Counted from the stretch's first letter, positions 13,134-25,424 are shown. The stretch is DNA of 64,000 bases from Octopus vulgaris (GCA_951406725.2 OX597814.1:178932001-178996000), one strand, 5' to 3'. The notes: a model not told the origin generated them from the letters alone. Made by a program: numbers and translations.

Positions 13134-13199
13134 GTAATAATAATAATAATGATAATAACATCAAAACATACTTAAGAATGAGAACGAAATTTTCCCAAG

Positions 13200-13243
13200 A
13201 CATCTGAAGAAGGCTGGAGTGTATATCAGCCGAAATATTGTGC
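13200..13243 (+). ncRNA. Minimal hammerhead ribozyme (second arm)
   Basis: acat-CTGAAGA-a-ggctg..cagcc-GAAA-TA-TT-gtg; stem III palindrome ATAT. Confidence 0.65.
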
Positions 13244-15594
13244 TAAAAACAAAAAAGATGAGGACAAATATCCGTCAAATGTAAATAATGTAAATAATGT
13301 GCACCTTTCTTATCGCGATATGCACGCATCAAACATCGTTCTTCAGTTCGACTGTGCAATAGATGAGATTGATTTGGAATGCGTAATTGATAGCCTTGTT
13401 AGCTCTGAGAGTACAAACATTGTTTTACATCACTCGTTTGTGATCATCGATACTCAAGATTATCTGCAGATGTGACAACTTCAGCGCTTACCTATATATC
13501 ATCAACCTGGGCAAACTAGACGTATATGGAGTGGAAATTGACAGCAGTAAGATCTCCTGACTAAAGAAACTTATTTTATTTCACATGATGCAATAAAAAA
13601 GAATTCGCATAATTTCGGTGAGATGTTGCCTGAAAGAAGAAGAATTGAACACCGCAATAATATAAATGCTAGTGAGTTCCACATAAATTTTCAGAAATAC
13701 GTTTTTCTCAACCCTGTTTTGTGCAGTAATGCCAATTCCGCAGACATAGATTTTCTGCAACTCAGCACCAGTTGGATAAAAAGCGATAAAGAGGTTGTGA
13801 GCAGAATTGCCATTATCACTTAGAACTGTGTTGAGAGAATTCTGTCTCTGAAAAGTCGTGTGTATGTGATAATGTTTACATCATTGCAGTGGCGTATTAC
13901 TTCATAACCATCTTTCTACCAAGAAACAGCTGACCAAATTCTTGTGCATTGTTCAAAGGAGGATCGAACGCAGATTGACAAATCCATACCAGAAAAAAGG
14001 CATTGATTTTATTATATTTGCATTTCATTATTAATAAAGCCCACCTGCGTAATATTCTCTGTTACTTATATAATATTCTCCAGTGAACGCTAAGGGATTA
14101 GCAAGATTTGACAGGAAAAGAAGACAAAAGGGGATGACATTTGAAATAAGAAATCCATTATGAAAAATCTGTTGTCGGAAAAGAGTTTCTGGTAAAGAAT
14201 AATGGAACGTTAATACAAATTACTATACAATACGAATAAAACAAACAACAACTATTATTTTTCCTTAAGGAAGCTTGTAAATATGTAGTAGAGCTTGATT
14301 TAAAAGTTATTTGCAAGGAAAAGGAGTAAAATTTATTTAAAATCAATAAGCACCAAATGAAATTGTAACAAGAGAATTTTATGCTAAAATAATGGCAATA
14401 ATCATCAGTATTGCAAATAACTGATTAGAATGGACAAAAGAGAGTCATAGAGTCCATAATCACTGCAATAATAGATAGAGTGCAGACCTTAAACCTGAAA
14501 ATGAAGTATTGAGGCATATAAAATGCCTGCAGTTTATAATGAAGCAGAATAAAAAATCGTACGAAAACAAAATGCCAATTGAATGTGGAATTTAGGAAGA
14601 AAGATATCAACTGTGCTTTTAGGGATACTCAGTTTGAACCAAAACAAATGATATTGTAGAAGCACAAATGAAAAAAAAAGTTTCAGAAAATTAGTTGCGG
14701 GTTATAATATGGCATATGTCCAACCATACAAACAGAAATCACTGGGCATTGTTTTGAACGACGACGAGGAAAGGATCGCTGGTAGAAAAGCCAGTACATT
14801 CAGACGGCGATTAGGAAGGAAAGGGGTTATTGATAGTGGTGCCAGTGCATTGAAACAGCAGTATACCAGTAAAAGAATTTGGTCGATTATGCATATATTA
14901 AGATCTACAAATGGAGATAACCCAAGCGTCAGGAATGAAAGCAAATACAATCTCCATAACAATATTTGCCTCGGGAACGGTAGTAAAAGATACCAACAAA
15001 TACATAAGTGAACGGTTCATGGCATCCTAAAATAACATTTCGTGATATTGTACACATAGTACACAATGCACAGTTAATGAAATAGAAAGCAAAAATGCTC
15101 CAAATGCAGTCACGGATCATATTACCATACGTCTTAGTGCGATAAAATAACACAATAAACACAAACTATTGAATTGAACTAATTATAATAATCTAAATCA
15201 GAATATCCCAGGAACTATTTTGACCCTAGAGAATTCTCTTCCATTTGAAAAAAATATTGGAAGACAACCTTCTGTATTACTACGACGGTCTATCGCAATT
15301 AGTTCCGTATGAGGACTGTGATGAGAGGTTATGCGGAGTTAATAAATATGTCCACAAATATTCACACACAGCATCACATTACTTCGTGTGCTAAACACAC
15401 CATGCGAAAATATTTTTCAATGACTTTCCTTTCGCATTTTCATCATTTCGTTTTGAGATGTCTTTCCCTGGAATAGATTAACTGATTAGATACTTGTTTT
15501 ATTGATAGACTTTGGCAATTAGTATCCACTACTTTTTCTTTTATCTCTCCGTAGAAGTGAAATGAAATCTCAAGAATATTATCAAATTTCATTG

Positions 15595-16008
15595 CTCTTT
15601 GCTCTTTGCTCTTTTACTTGCTTAAGTCATTTGACTGCGGCCATGCTGGAGCACCGCCTTTAGTCGAGCAAATCGACCCCGGGACTTATTCTTTGTAAGC
15701 CCAGTACTTATTCTATCAATCTCTTTTGCCGAACCGCTAAGTGACGGGGACGTAAACACACCAGCATCGGTTGTCAAGCGATATTGAGGGGACAAACACA
15801 GACACACAAACACGCACACATATATACATATATATACATATATACGACAGGCTTCTTTTAGTTTCCGTCTACCAAATCCACTCACAAGGCATTGGTCGGC
15901 CCGGGGCTATAGCAGAAGACACTTGCCCAAGATGCCACGCAGTGGGACTGAACCCGGAACCATGTGGTTGGTTAGCAAGCTACTTACCACACAGCCACTC
16001 CTGCGCCT
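15595..16008 (-). mobile_element. Full-length tRNA-derived SINE family A with central microsatellite
   Basis: Head caggagtggctgtgtggtaag..GGTTCAGTCCC, central (TA/TG)n, tail ggtgctccagcatggccgcagtcaaatgact plus (AAAGAGC)n. Confidence 0.9.
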
Positions 16009-16018
16009 CATTGTTTTT

Positions 16019-16197
16019 TTAAAATATTTTGGTCACGAGCTTATCATAAGATAACACATATCTACCTAAGTATGAAATGTACCTAACACACGGCTGCCAG
16101 AGACAAGGTAGTTTTTCCTTCAGAGAATCAACATATATTTCAAGTTGCATTTTGTACCCTTCTTTATTACAGTTTTGATAAATTCTGGTGCGATCAT
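16019..16197 (-). pseudogene. PTP-domain (D2-like) exon remnant
   Basis: Acceptor ttttcctgacag then (Y)DRTRI..GYKMQLEIYVDSLKEKLPCLWQP..ISYLGRYVLSY, aligning to YDxxRV..YINAxYVDS..TQxP..DFWRLVxDY. Confidence 0.55.
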
Positions 16198-17099
16198 CTG
16201 TCAGGAAAATGTTCATTCAAATATAAGTGTTTTATCCATTGACGTTGAATAGTTTCTCCGAGCGTCATCACTCAATAACAATGTATAATCTTATTTTCAA
16301 CTGAATATTTTGTTTTATTATGTTGTCCTAGATTCACACTTATTGTAAGAGTAGGTTTTTTCTGCGTGTTTGTATTTACTTGATTCCGCCAAGAAAGAAA
16401 GGATTTTCGTTTCTTTTCTATCTGTCTTGTAGATATTTATATCAGCTTTTATATATTTATAACTAGATAATATTATCGACAACCAGCAAAAGATATAGTA
16501 TACTCATATTTTTGAAAACTTCCACTTCTTTCTGTTCAGGCTACAAATATTATATCTGAATCGGTGTTAGCGATGTATATACTTATTTTCATTGTATTTT
16601 GTCCTTTGTCACTCAAATTTACAGTTGCGAATATTAGCAATATAGCATATTACTAGACCTCCTAGAACACTGAAATTCCTTAGATAATTTTCTAATTTAG
16701 CTTCCCATCAACACACACACGCACGCACATGCACACACATATACACTAACAGTTTCCAAACTATTATTTCATACATGTCATTCAACTAGTAATCACGTCT
16801 CATTGTCGAATATATTTTTTCCTCTCTTCAATATTACATAGGAAATTTTAGAACTAATACTCAAACAAAATTTATACAGAGCATGAGACAAAATCTCCTT
16901 TTTTTTCTTATATGAACTATCCAAATTAGACAGTTTGAGGTCATTCATGTAAAATATATCGTTGCTTTACTTGATATCTTGACATACCAATTTTTTCTTT
17001 TATTTCACATTCACTCTGTATATATAATTTGATGCTTATTTTCTACGACTATTGCACTGGTAATATTCTTCGTGTCACTCGTCAATTTTATAGCTCTGA

Positions 17100-17565
17100 T
17101 ATATGTCATTTCCGCTCTACCGAACATTCTTTAAAATACCTTTTCTGTGTATGGATTGTCCTGGCAAAAGGGCCATCCGAACTCCCGACTTCGTCGTGAA
17201 CAGAGATTAATCTTCTCTTTTCGCTCCTTTTCGCCACATGGACTCAAATCCCCTCCCCTTTTCATCTAACTATCCTCCTCTCTCCTCTCTTCCTCTCACA
17301 CCTACTTTCTCCCACCTACCTCTCCTCTCTTTCTCTCATACCTACATCCTCCCACCTACCTCTTCTCTCTTGCTCTGAGCCTACTTCCCCTCTTCAATCC
17401 TACCCACCTTCTCACTTCCACCCTCTCCCGTCATCGTCACCCCTCCCTCGTTACCCTATACCTACACATTTCAACCCCACCATCCCTATATATCCCATTC
17501 CACTCCATCCCTTACACACTACCCTTGCTTTCCCCAATCTCGCCTTCCCCACACCCCAACAGCAC
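17100..17565 (+). mobile_element. 3' end of a Neptune-like PLE (GIY-YIG C-terminus and CT-rich UTR)
   Basis: HFRSTEHSL..VYGLSWQKGHPNSRLRREQRLIFSFRSFSPHGL matches RxxRExxLIFxLxTLxPxGLN. Confidence 0.75.
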
Positions 17566-17579
17566 CGCGTCGGGGTAAA

Positions 17580-18035
17580 TCGGAATTTTTCATGCTATGA
17601 ATCAGGGCTTGATTAAGAACGATTGGGTTAATAGTGGCATAATAGCTCTCTATATGTCGTTGCAAGACTTTACTATTCTTACTAATTTCTAGGAGGTTAA
17701 ACCATCCAACCACCTCTTGGGTATCGAACCAGAGGGCTAATCTAATTTTAGACTTAAGGACTGGTATTATCCTATCAATGATTTTTTTTTACTAATAATG
17801 CCTATATTAGAGTTAGAAGGACTAATCAATTTGTCGACGAGAAAGTTAGGTTTTTGTTCCTTAAGTATAATCCCGGATTTTCGAGGGACGTAGGGTTCGG
17901 TTCTATCATCTATGTTTAGATCTCTGACGATTTGTAGCCCTGAATTGTTAATTCTTTTTAATACGTCGTTACTAGCGTGTCTATATTTGCTGCGTAATTC
18001 CTTCCTAATCATAGACTTATATAGCTCAATATCAA
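17580..18035 (-). mobile_element. Naiad-like PLE reverse transcriptase fragment
   Basis: LNIDDRTEPY..IILKEQKPNF..LISPSNSNIGIISKK, LWFDTQEVVGWF and IESYYATINPIVLNQAL. Confidence 0.8.
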
Positions 18036-18274
18036 CACTCTTATATTCTTTTACTTGTTACAGTCATTTGAATGTGACCATGCTGGAGCACCGCCTTTAG
18101 TCGAGCAAATCGACTCCAGAACTTATTCTTTGTAAGCCTAGTTCTTATATCGGTCTTTTTGCCGAACGGTTAAGTTACGGGGACCTAAACACACCAGCAT
18201 CGGTTGTCAAGCGATGTTCGGGGGACAAACACAGACACACAAACATATACACACACATACATACATATATATAT

Positions 18275-18402
18275 GAGGTAGTAATTGTGCGCGGCTGAAG
18301 AAGGCCATAGACACACATTATGCATTGTTATAAATCCGTCTAATAAAGGCCCGAAACATATGTACCGCTGAATCATTGGCATCATGTTTCTATTTTGATT
18401 AA
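18275..18402 (+). mobile_element. Solo PLE pLTR-like insert with hammerhead, nested in the SINE microsatellite
   Basis: Foreign sequence bounded by (TA)n on both sides. Confidence 0.7.
18291..18368 (+). ncRNA. Type-I hammerhead ribozyme
   Basis: gcgg-CTGAAGA-a-ggcc...ggcc-c-GAAA-catatg-TA-ccgc; stem III palindrome ACATATGT; GUA cleavage site. Confidence 0.8.
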
Positions 18403-18849
18403 TATATATATGTATATATATATACATATATACGATGGGCTTCTTTCAGTTTTCGTCTACCAAACCCACTCACAAGGCTTTGGTCGGCCCGAGGCTATAG
18501 TAGAAGACACTTACCCAAGGTGCCACTGCACCAGTTCTGGGGACTGAACCCGGAACCATGTGGTTGGGAAGCAAGATACTTACCACACAGCCACTCCTAC
18601 GCTTAAACAACAATGTAAATGTTACTTGTTTTGTCTGAGAAAGAGAAAAAAGAATGACAAGGTAGGATAGACAGACAGACACACACACACATATAGATTC
18701 GAATAGAATTGATAGCAATATTCTTGCAAATAATCGGAATATAAAACCGTGTCTTCTATAGGTATAATTTTTTTCTTTACTTTCCAAATACCCTCTTACG
18801 TTGGGCATTATTTTTTTCTACTTTGTACACAACCCAATGTATAACGCAA

Positions 18850-19228
18850 GGAGTGGAGGCGCAATGGCCCAGTGGTTATGGCAGCGGAGTCGCGGTCATA
18901 GGATCGCGGTTTCGATTCGTTGTGAGTGTTTATTGAGCGAAAACACCTAAAGTTCCACGAGGCTCCAGCAGGAGATGGTGGCGATCCCTGCTGTACTCTT
19001 TCGCCACAGATTTCTCTCACTCTTACTTCCTGTTTCTGTTGTACCTGTATTTCAAAGGGCCGGCTTTATCACTCTCTGTGTCACGCTGAATATCCCCGAG
19101 AACTACGGTAAGGGTACACGTGTCTGTGGAGTGCTCAGCCACTTACACGTTAATTTCACGAGCAGGCTGTTCCGTTGATCGGATCAACCGGAACCCTCGT
19201 CGTCGTAACCGACGGAGTGCTTCCTTTA
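18850..19228 (+). mobile_element. tRNA-derived SINE family B, full length with 11-bp TSD
   Basis: A/B boxes; TSD gtataacgcaa at 18839-18849 and 19229-19239. Confidence 0.9.
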
Positions 19229-19269
19229 GTATAACGCAAAAATGCCGTTGGCTTTAGGCTCATAATTTT

Positions 19270-19490
19270 AAGGGTTCTACGTCTTTATCTCTTTGTTTCA
19301 CTAAAATCTCTCCGTTTATTTGATTCATTTTGAAAGACACGGTATTGAGAAACCAACGTTTTACTACAATTGATAAGTAAGTGCCTGGTAGTCCTAAAAG
19401 TCCACTCGCAACTGTAAGGAGCATCGTTATGTATTCCGATATCGAGTAACATCAAACTACCATCAGAATGATTAAACAAATTGTACTTGA
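19270..19490 (-). pseudogene. PTP D1-D2 linker-like exon remnant (frameshifted)
   Basis: YNLFNH..SLMLLDIGI..KTLVSQYRVF, then in a shifted frame KQRDKDVEP-T, resembling QYxFxH..ALxxGDTxI..KNRYKDILP-Y. Confidence 0.5.
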
Positions 19491-19820
19491 ATGAAATCAA
19501 ATTTATAATTACGCACATTAATGGGTAATTTTAATTACATTTAACTTTGTGCTCTGAAGATCTTTCCTCTGTCTCTTGAAGACTCCGTGTCAAATGAATA
19601 TCATATATCTAAACAATTAAATTCGTGCACAAGTTAATTGTTAATTGTTAATACACTACTGCTGTTAGATAATTATCTCATCACAAATTCGATTTCTCTC
19701 ACACCTTTAACTGAATGCTAATAATTACTCAATTTATTATCATAGCAATATGGCTAACTAGATTTTAACATATCAACAACTTCAAATAACAATAATAAGT
19801 ATAGCTGGAGTATCAGAAAC

Positions 19821-19876
<56 letters not shown>

Positions 19877-19912
19877 TAGTAGAAGCAGCAGCAGCACCAG
19901 CACCTCCACCAT

Positions 19913-19998
<86 letters not shown>
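19821..19998. repeat. (AGT)n-(CAG)n-(AGT)n compound trinucleotide repeat
   Basis: Direct inspection. Confidence 0.95.
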
Positions 19999-20544
19999 AG
20001 AGGAAATGCGGAAGAATATGGAAGGAAAAGATTTTTGTATTAATGTTTTGATTAATACCACGTGAATATGATTTTGATTTTGTTTAAAATCATTGAAAGA
20101 GAAATACAATCATAAACCAATACACAAAATGTACAAAATATTTAATTATGCTGAGAGAAGGAAAAATTCCGAAATCTTGACATTGCATCATCGTCGGGAA
20201 CTTAATGGAAAAAAAGAGAAATAATGAAAGGATCTTACGTACAAAGCGTACAAAGCAAAACGTGGAAGTGATATAGAAAAGCGGAAATGTTGTTTTGGAG
20301 CCAACGAGCGCGAGGAGAGAGAAAAACATGGTGGATGCGGAGGAAGTATGAGAAGAGACACTGCATTGGTGCATGTGTTTGTATGTAAATATGTTTGGGC
20401 ATAGAGTACGGATACGCACACATATGGACGCACTATATAGATTCACACATATACATATAAATTACATAGTTAGATGGATAGATAGAAACAGATTATAGAT
20501 ATACATACATACACACATACATACATACATACATATATGCATAC

Positions 20545-20778
20545 CTATTTCTTTATTACTCACAAGGGGCTAAACATAGAAGGGACAAACAAGGACAGAC
20601 ATAGGTATTAAGTCGATTACATCGACCCCGGTGCGTAACTGGTACTTAATTTATCGACCCTGAAAGGATGAAAGGTAAAGTCGACCTCGGCGGAATTTGA
20701 ACTCACAACATAACGGCAGACGAAATACCGCTAAGCATTTCGCCCGGCGTGCTAACGTTTCTGCCAGCTCGCCGCCTT
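20545..20778 (-). mobile_element. SINE family C
   Basis: Reverse complement of 26303-26535; embedded in (CATA)n. Confidence 0.9.
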
Positions 20779-20792
20779 TATAAACATACCAC

Positions 20793-20972
20793 ATACATAC
20801 ATGCATGCATGCATACATACATACATACATACACATATACATATATATATACATACATACATACATACACATATACATACATACATACATACATACATAC
20901 ATACATACATACATACATACATACATACATACATACGAACGTACGTACTTACATACATACAGAAATACATAC
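20793..20972. repeat. (CATA)n microsatellite
   Basis: Direct inspection. Confidence 0.95.
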
Positions 20973-21184
20973 TTGCAGGCATAAAAAAATGATGGTCAAT
21001 GTTTCAAAAGCTTTGCTCTTGTGTTTTTTCTTTGTCTTTATTCAAATAATACTAGTCTAGATGTAAATAACAGCAACAACTATACAAAAGGAGACAACAC
21101 ATTAGAGAGAGTTCAACATCAATTGGATGCAGGAGCACATCGTAAGATCCCTTATAATAAATCAGAGAGTGCAATAATGGTTAA

Positions 21185-21186
<2 letters not shown>

Positions 21187-21233
<47 letters not shown>

Positions 21234-21599
21234 TATATATATATGTGTGTGTTTGTGTCTGTGTAGACAACAGATAGATAGATAAATATATATATATACA
21301 TACAAATATACATATATACATACATATGTGCATATATATATATATATACGCATACACATACACACACGTAACTACCTCGAAACCACAAGAGGAAAAAAAG
21401 AAGACAGAGACAGGCAGAAACAAAGAAAATGCCACTTGTATTTGAATACTATGGACCTATTTGTTTTTAAAATTTTCTTTCACTCTTTCGACAATTTAAT
21501 TGTTTTCTATACTTAGAGTTGAAAACTTCTCAATGACTTAAACCGGTACTACAATAACTTTCATGGAATTATTTTAGCATATTCTACCGTGAAATGTTC

Positions 21600-21652
<53 letters not shown>

Positions 21653-21768
21653 TATATATGTATATATATAATACAAATAAAATATATATGCATATATACA
21701 TACGTATATGTAGATAATTACATCTATACGTATATATATATATATATATACATACACACATATACACT

Positions 21769-21826
<58 letters not shown>
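21187..21826. repeat. Cluster of (TA)n/(CA)n microsatellites
   Basis: Direct inspection. Confidence 0.9.
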
Positions 21827-21828
<2 letters not shown>

Positions 21829-22470
21829 TATGTGGGCACGGACGTCACGAAAGGTGTACAACAGAATGTACGAAGCACGAGTACATGGAACATGAACTAT
21901 TGTTTCGAACAACGAAAGACTCAAATGGAAAACAAAATAAATAACATAAAGAACGACCCTTCACCAGTTGTTGGCTATTTCTTGTATTCCCGTATTTCGA
22001 GCATTTAACAACAATATACTCTTTCGATAAAACAGTTACTCCCGCAAAGAAAATTGAATAAAATCTGGTATGTTACGGAGAGTCAAAATATGTAACACAA
22101 ACAGGACAGTGAAAACAAACAGTAAGGGCTGCTAAGCCCAATCGAGGTTGTTGTGGAGAACGCTTAAATAAAGCTAGGACAGGAAACAGACAAGAACACG
22201 TCTTCTTTGTTCCGGCTATAACGGAAAGAATGGAATAAAGAAAGGTGGTCGATGGTCACGTAAGAGCCACGCGAACAAGGGAGGTCGATTGAGGGAGAGG
22301 GAGTGACAGCGTAATAGAATAGAATAGTGGGAGAACTGGAGCTAAAAGAATAAGAGAGAGAAAAAGAAAGAAAAACAAATGAGTAAAAAGATCGTATGCA
22401 GTGCACATCAGAATTGCTAAGATAAAACTTACTTGGAAGAGGATGTCTAACAAACATCAGGATCAATAAA
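21827..22470 (-). mobile_element. 3' UTR/terminal repeat of a Naiad-like PLE, ending at (TA)n
   Basis: 21830-22120 is a diverged reverse complement of 29200-29490 (gggagtaactgt, tgctcgaaat, tcgttctttatgtta). Confidence 0.7.
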
Positions 22471-23243
22471 TCCCGGAAGAACCATCATGTTCCCAAGTCA
22501 GCTACGTGGTAGCTTACGGTAGTGCTAAGTCAGTTGTCTGTACTTCATTAGTGGAATGTAATCCTTGTTCTTGGTCAAGATCTGGGACAACTTCCTCTCT
22601 GTTTTCAGAGTTGGGTCTTTCATTACTTTTCTGTAGGTACCATCAATTATAAGACTTGCCAAGTTTTCCGAGTGGTTAGATTTGTTTATCCCCACTGTAG
22701 CATTTACCTTGATGAACAAATCTGACTACTCGGAAAACTTACTCTATTTAAAAGGCCTCTACGAAATGATACAAAAGATATGCGGCCCATATGACATCAG
22801 GACAGTTTTCAAGAGTAATACAATACTTTGCAAATATCTGTTTCGAGTAAAACCACTAATAGAAGAGAATATGACCAAAAACTGCGTGTGCTCCATCCCA
22901 TGTAGCTGTGGTAGGTTATACAAAGGTGAAACATGCCGCCCCTCAAAATAAGAATAGATGTACATCGCAAAGCTGTGACAAAAGGAGATATTCATAAATC
23001 AGGTATAGCTGATCATGTGTGGAAAAATGGAGACCACCTCCCCTGGTGGGATGAAGTTAAAATAATAGAGATAGAACACCACTTGAAAATACGAAAACTA
23101 AAAGAAGTAGCACATATGCTAGGACGCAACAACTTCCTAAGCAGACTGAGTGCAGATATGAATAGCATATGGGAAACGGTATTAAGGAAGGATAGGAAAA
23201 TATTAAATTTATAAGCCCTAAAATTCAGTATATAAATTTCCAC

Positions 23244-23317
23244 GGGCATATGGCGTAGTGGTTAAGAGCGAATGCTATTAACCCCAATATTCCGAGTTCG
23301 ATTCCAAGCAGTGACCT
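23244..23317 (+). promoter_or_regulatory. tRNA-derived Pol III promoter inside the PLE 3' terminal repeat
   Basis: TGGCGTAGTGG A box and GAGTTCGATTCC B box, about 30 nt after the GIY-YIG stop codon. Confidence 0.75.
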
Positions 23318-23406
23318 GATTATTATTATTATTATTAATAATAATAATAATAATAACATCAAAAACTACTTTAGGAATGAGCACCCAGGTGCAAAATTTC
23401 CCCAAG

Positions 23407-23450
23407 ACACCAGATGAAGGCTGGAGGGTATATCAGCCGAAAAGCTGTGT
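23407..23450 (+). ncRNA. Degenerate hammerhead ribozyme
   Basis: acac-CaGATGA-a-ggctg..cagcc-GAAA-agct-gtgt; core mutated. Confidence 0.6.
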
Positions 23451-23739
23451 TAACAACGAACAAGATGAGGAAAAATATCCGTCAAATGTAAATAATGTAA
23501 ACAATGTACATAATTCCTCATGTCTTAAATATACAAGTGTCTTTTGGAGCGTTTTAATTTGATAAGTGTTAGAAAATAGCGACTTAAATGCATAGGATAA
23601 GATCATAACATTATTTAGCCCTTCTTCACATGGAATCCCTTGCAGTAGAAAGCGAGATTACCTTGGATATTTTCGCATCTGAAGTTTATTCTATCAAGCA
23701 TAGTTCGTGTATAATTTATTATATTCTTTTAATACATAG

Positions 23740-23832
23740 ACTGGAGAACTTATAGACTGCAAAACCGAGAATATGATATAAATATACTTTTCTCGAGGCA
23801 TTGTTAATGTAAATTAATTGAAATCTTTCCAC
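23740..23832 (-). pseudogene. PTP-like exon remnant
   Basis: Acceptor ttttgattctcag then VERFQLIYINNASRKVYLYHILGF, cf. RxFxL....RxVxQFHYxxW. Confidence 0.4.
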
Positions 23833-24979
23833 CTGAGAATCAAAACCAAGATGCAAACTCGTTTTACTGTGAAATTTATGGTATTGAATTCTGGCACTAT
23901 AATAACTTGTTATATGTATATAAGTGTATGTATTATAATCAGCTTTCAGCAATCACTATATGTCATGCATTCTTAATAAAATTTATTGCCCAAAGCAAAA
24001 TATAGAAACTTCCATGAATAATTACACATGTCGCAATTCTCGATTAGAATATACCATACGACAGAAAAGAAATAATGATGCGAAGAAATATACAGGCGTT
24101 ATAAATATAATATCTTACGTAAACTATGGTGTTTGAAAGTAACTGCAATAAGACATATATAACTACTGTTGAAATATATTTCTGTGTAATTAACATATGT
24201 TAACGAAATCACACAACATACTAGGAAAATATTCTGAGTATAACAAACACTCAAAATATGCTGAAGTAATCATTGCAGACCCAAATCGCTAGAGGTCTAG
24301 AGAGATGCTTCAGAAATCTCGTTAGAAAGAAAGTGATGCATTATTATTTAGCAAATATTCATGAATTGTTCAAAATAAAATATACAAAACAGCTAAAAGT
24401 GAATTTCTCATGTATTTTCCATTTAAAGTCAAATATCAGATTTCGAGATATGCTGTGTGACACATTGAAACACATCAGTAAGATACTGATTGAAACATGA
24501 GGAAGTAAAGGTAGTGATAAAGATTAAAGCCTGAAAGCTAATATATTCGGCTCACATTCTTACATGGCATTAAATTCTTAATTCTAATGTGGATGATAGC
24601 CTACGTCAGAATTAACATTAGTAGCGAATCTGAAAATCCGTATCTAATCTCCCATCGATGACAATAACTAATTACTTCTACGTAGGCATTAATCGATAAT
24701 GCCTATATCAGTATCTAATTGTTTCTATATCTAAACGGACTTATTTCATAATTAATATCAATATCCATGGAAACATGTTTTATTATAATCTTCCTAAATG
24801 CTATCAATACATGAGTGTTGCGATACATGTTTTAGATATTATATCTAATCTAACGAATCTAGTGAAACACATCAAATATATTGAAATAAACGAGCGCACT
24901 CGGGGACACATACTTAAAGTAATATATACTCACGCACGCACAGAAACATGCGGGTGGGTATGGATATATGCATATGAGA

Positions 24980-25187
24980 ATGTATGTGTCTGTGTGTGTA
25001 CATGTGTATGTACGTGTATGTGTATGTGTGCGTTTGGTGTGGGTGTTGTGTGTGTGTGTGTAGTGTATGATCGCGTGTACAATCAGATATACATGTTGGT
25101 ATAAGTATTTGTACATTTCCGACCAGAAAACACCGATGTATATATGCGATAGTCTTTGTGCATGTGTGTGTTTGCGTTTGTGTGTGT

Positions 25188-25226
<39 letters not shown>

Positions 25227-25285
25227 TGTGTGTCTGTGTGTCTGTGTGTATGTGTATGTCTGTATGTCTGTGTGTGTCTGTGTAT
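24980..25285. repeat. (TG)n-rich microsatellites
   Basis: Direct inspection. Confidence 0.9.
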
Positions 25286-25424
25286 TTTTGTTGGTGTGTA
25301 TTTGTGTATCCAAGGAAAATACCGGTGTTTCACACGTTTAGAAGTAGCTAGAAATGGTTCAAATTTACACCTAATGAAGGCATGTTCATTTAACAGGTTA
25401 CTATTTTATTATTTTGGGATTTCG

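Larger units (their letters stand above)
12862..13302 (+). mobile_element. Non-autonomous PLE-derived unit: inverted pLTR + tRNA-like head + (AAC/AAT)n + pLTR with hammerhead
   Basis: 12862-13013 is the reverse complement of 13185-13302 and of 23385-23535; 13015-13302 matches 23240-23510. Confidence 0.85.
12430..15170 (-). mobile_element. Highly decayed Helitron Rep/helicase remnant, interrupted by the PLE-derived insert at 12862-13302
   Basis: Collinear minus-strand traces: LWRLYLLSFLTLGLSPFVDL (cf. YYLRLLL..VxGPTSFxDL) at 14702-14962, ANPLA..W near 14090, VDDI..LKLSHL near 13490, GQLY-like near 12540. Confidence 0.55.
18045..18602 (-). mobile_element. SINE family A, interrupted in its central (TA)n by a 128-bp insert
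   Basis: Both halves match 15595-16008. Confidence 0.9.
22497..23535 (+). mobile_element. Truncated Penelope/Poseidon-like PLE: inverted 5' piece, GIY-YIG endonuclease, terminal repeat with tRNA head and hammerhead
   Basis: CVCSIPCSCGRLYKGETCRP/LKIRIDVHRKAV..KSGIADHVWKNGDH..RKLKE (one frameshift); minus-strand NATVGINKSNHSENL..TYRKVMKDPTLKTERKL is the pre-RT region. Confidence 0.9.
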
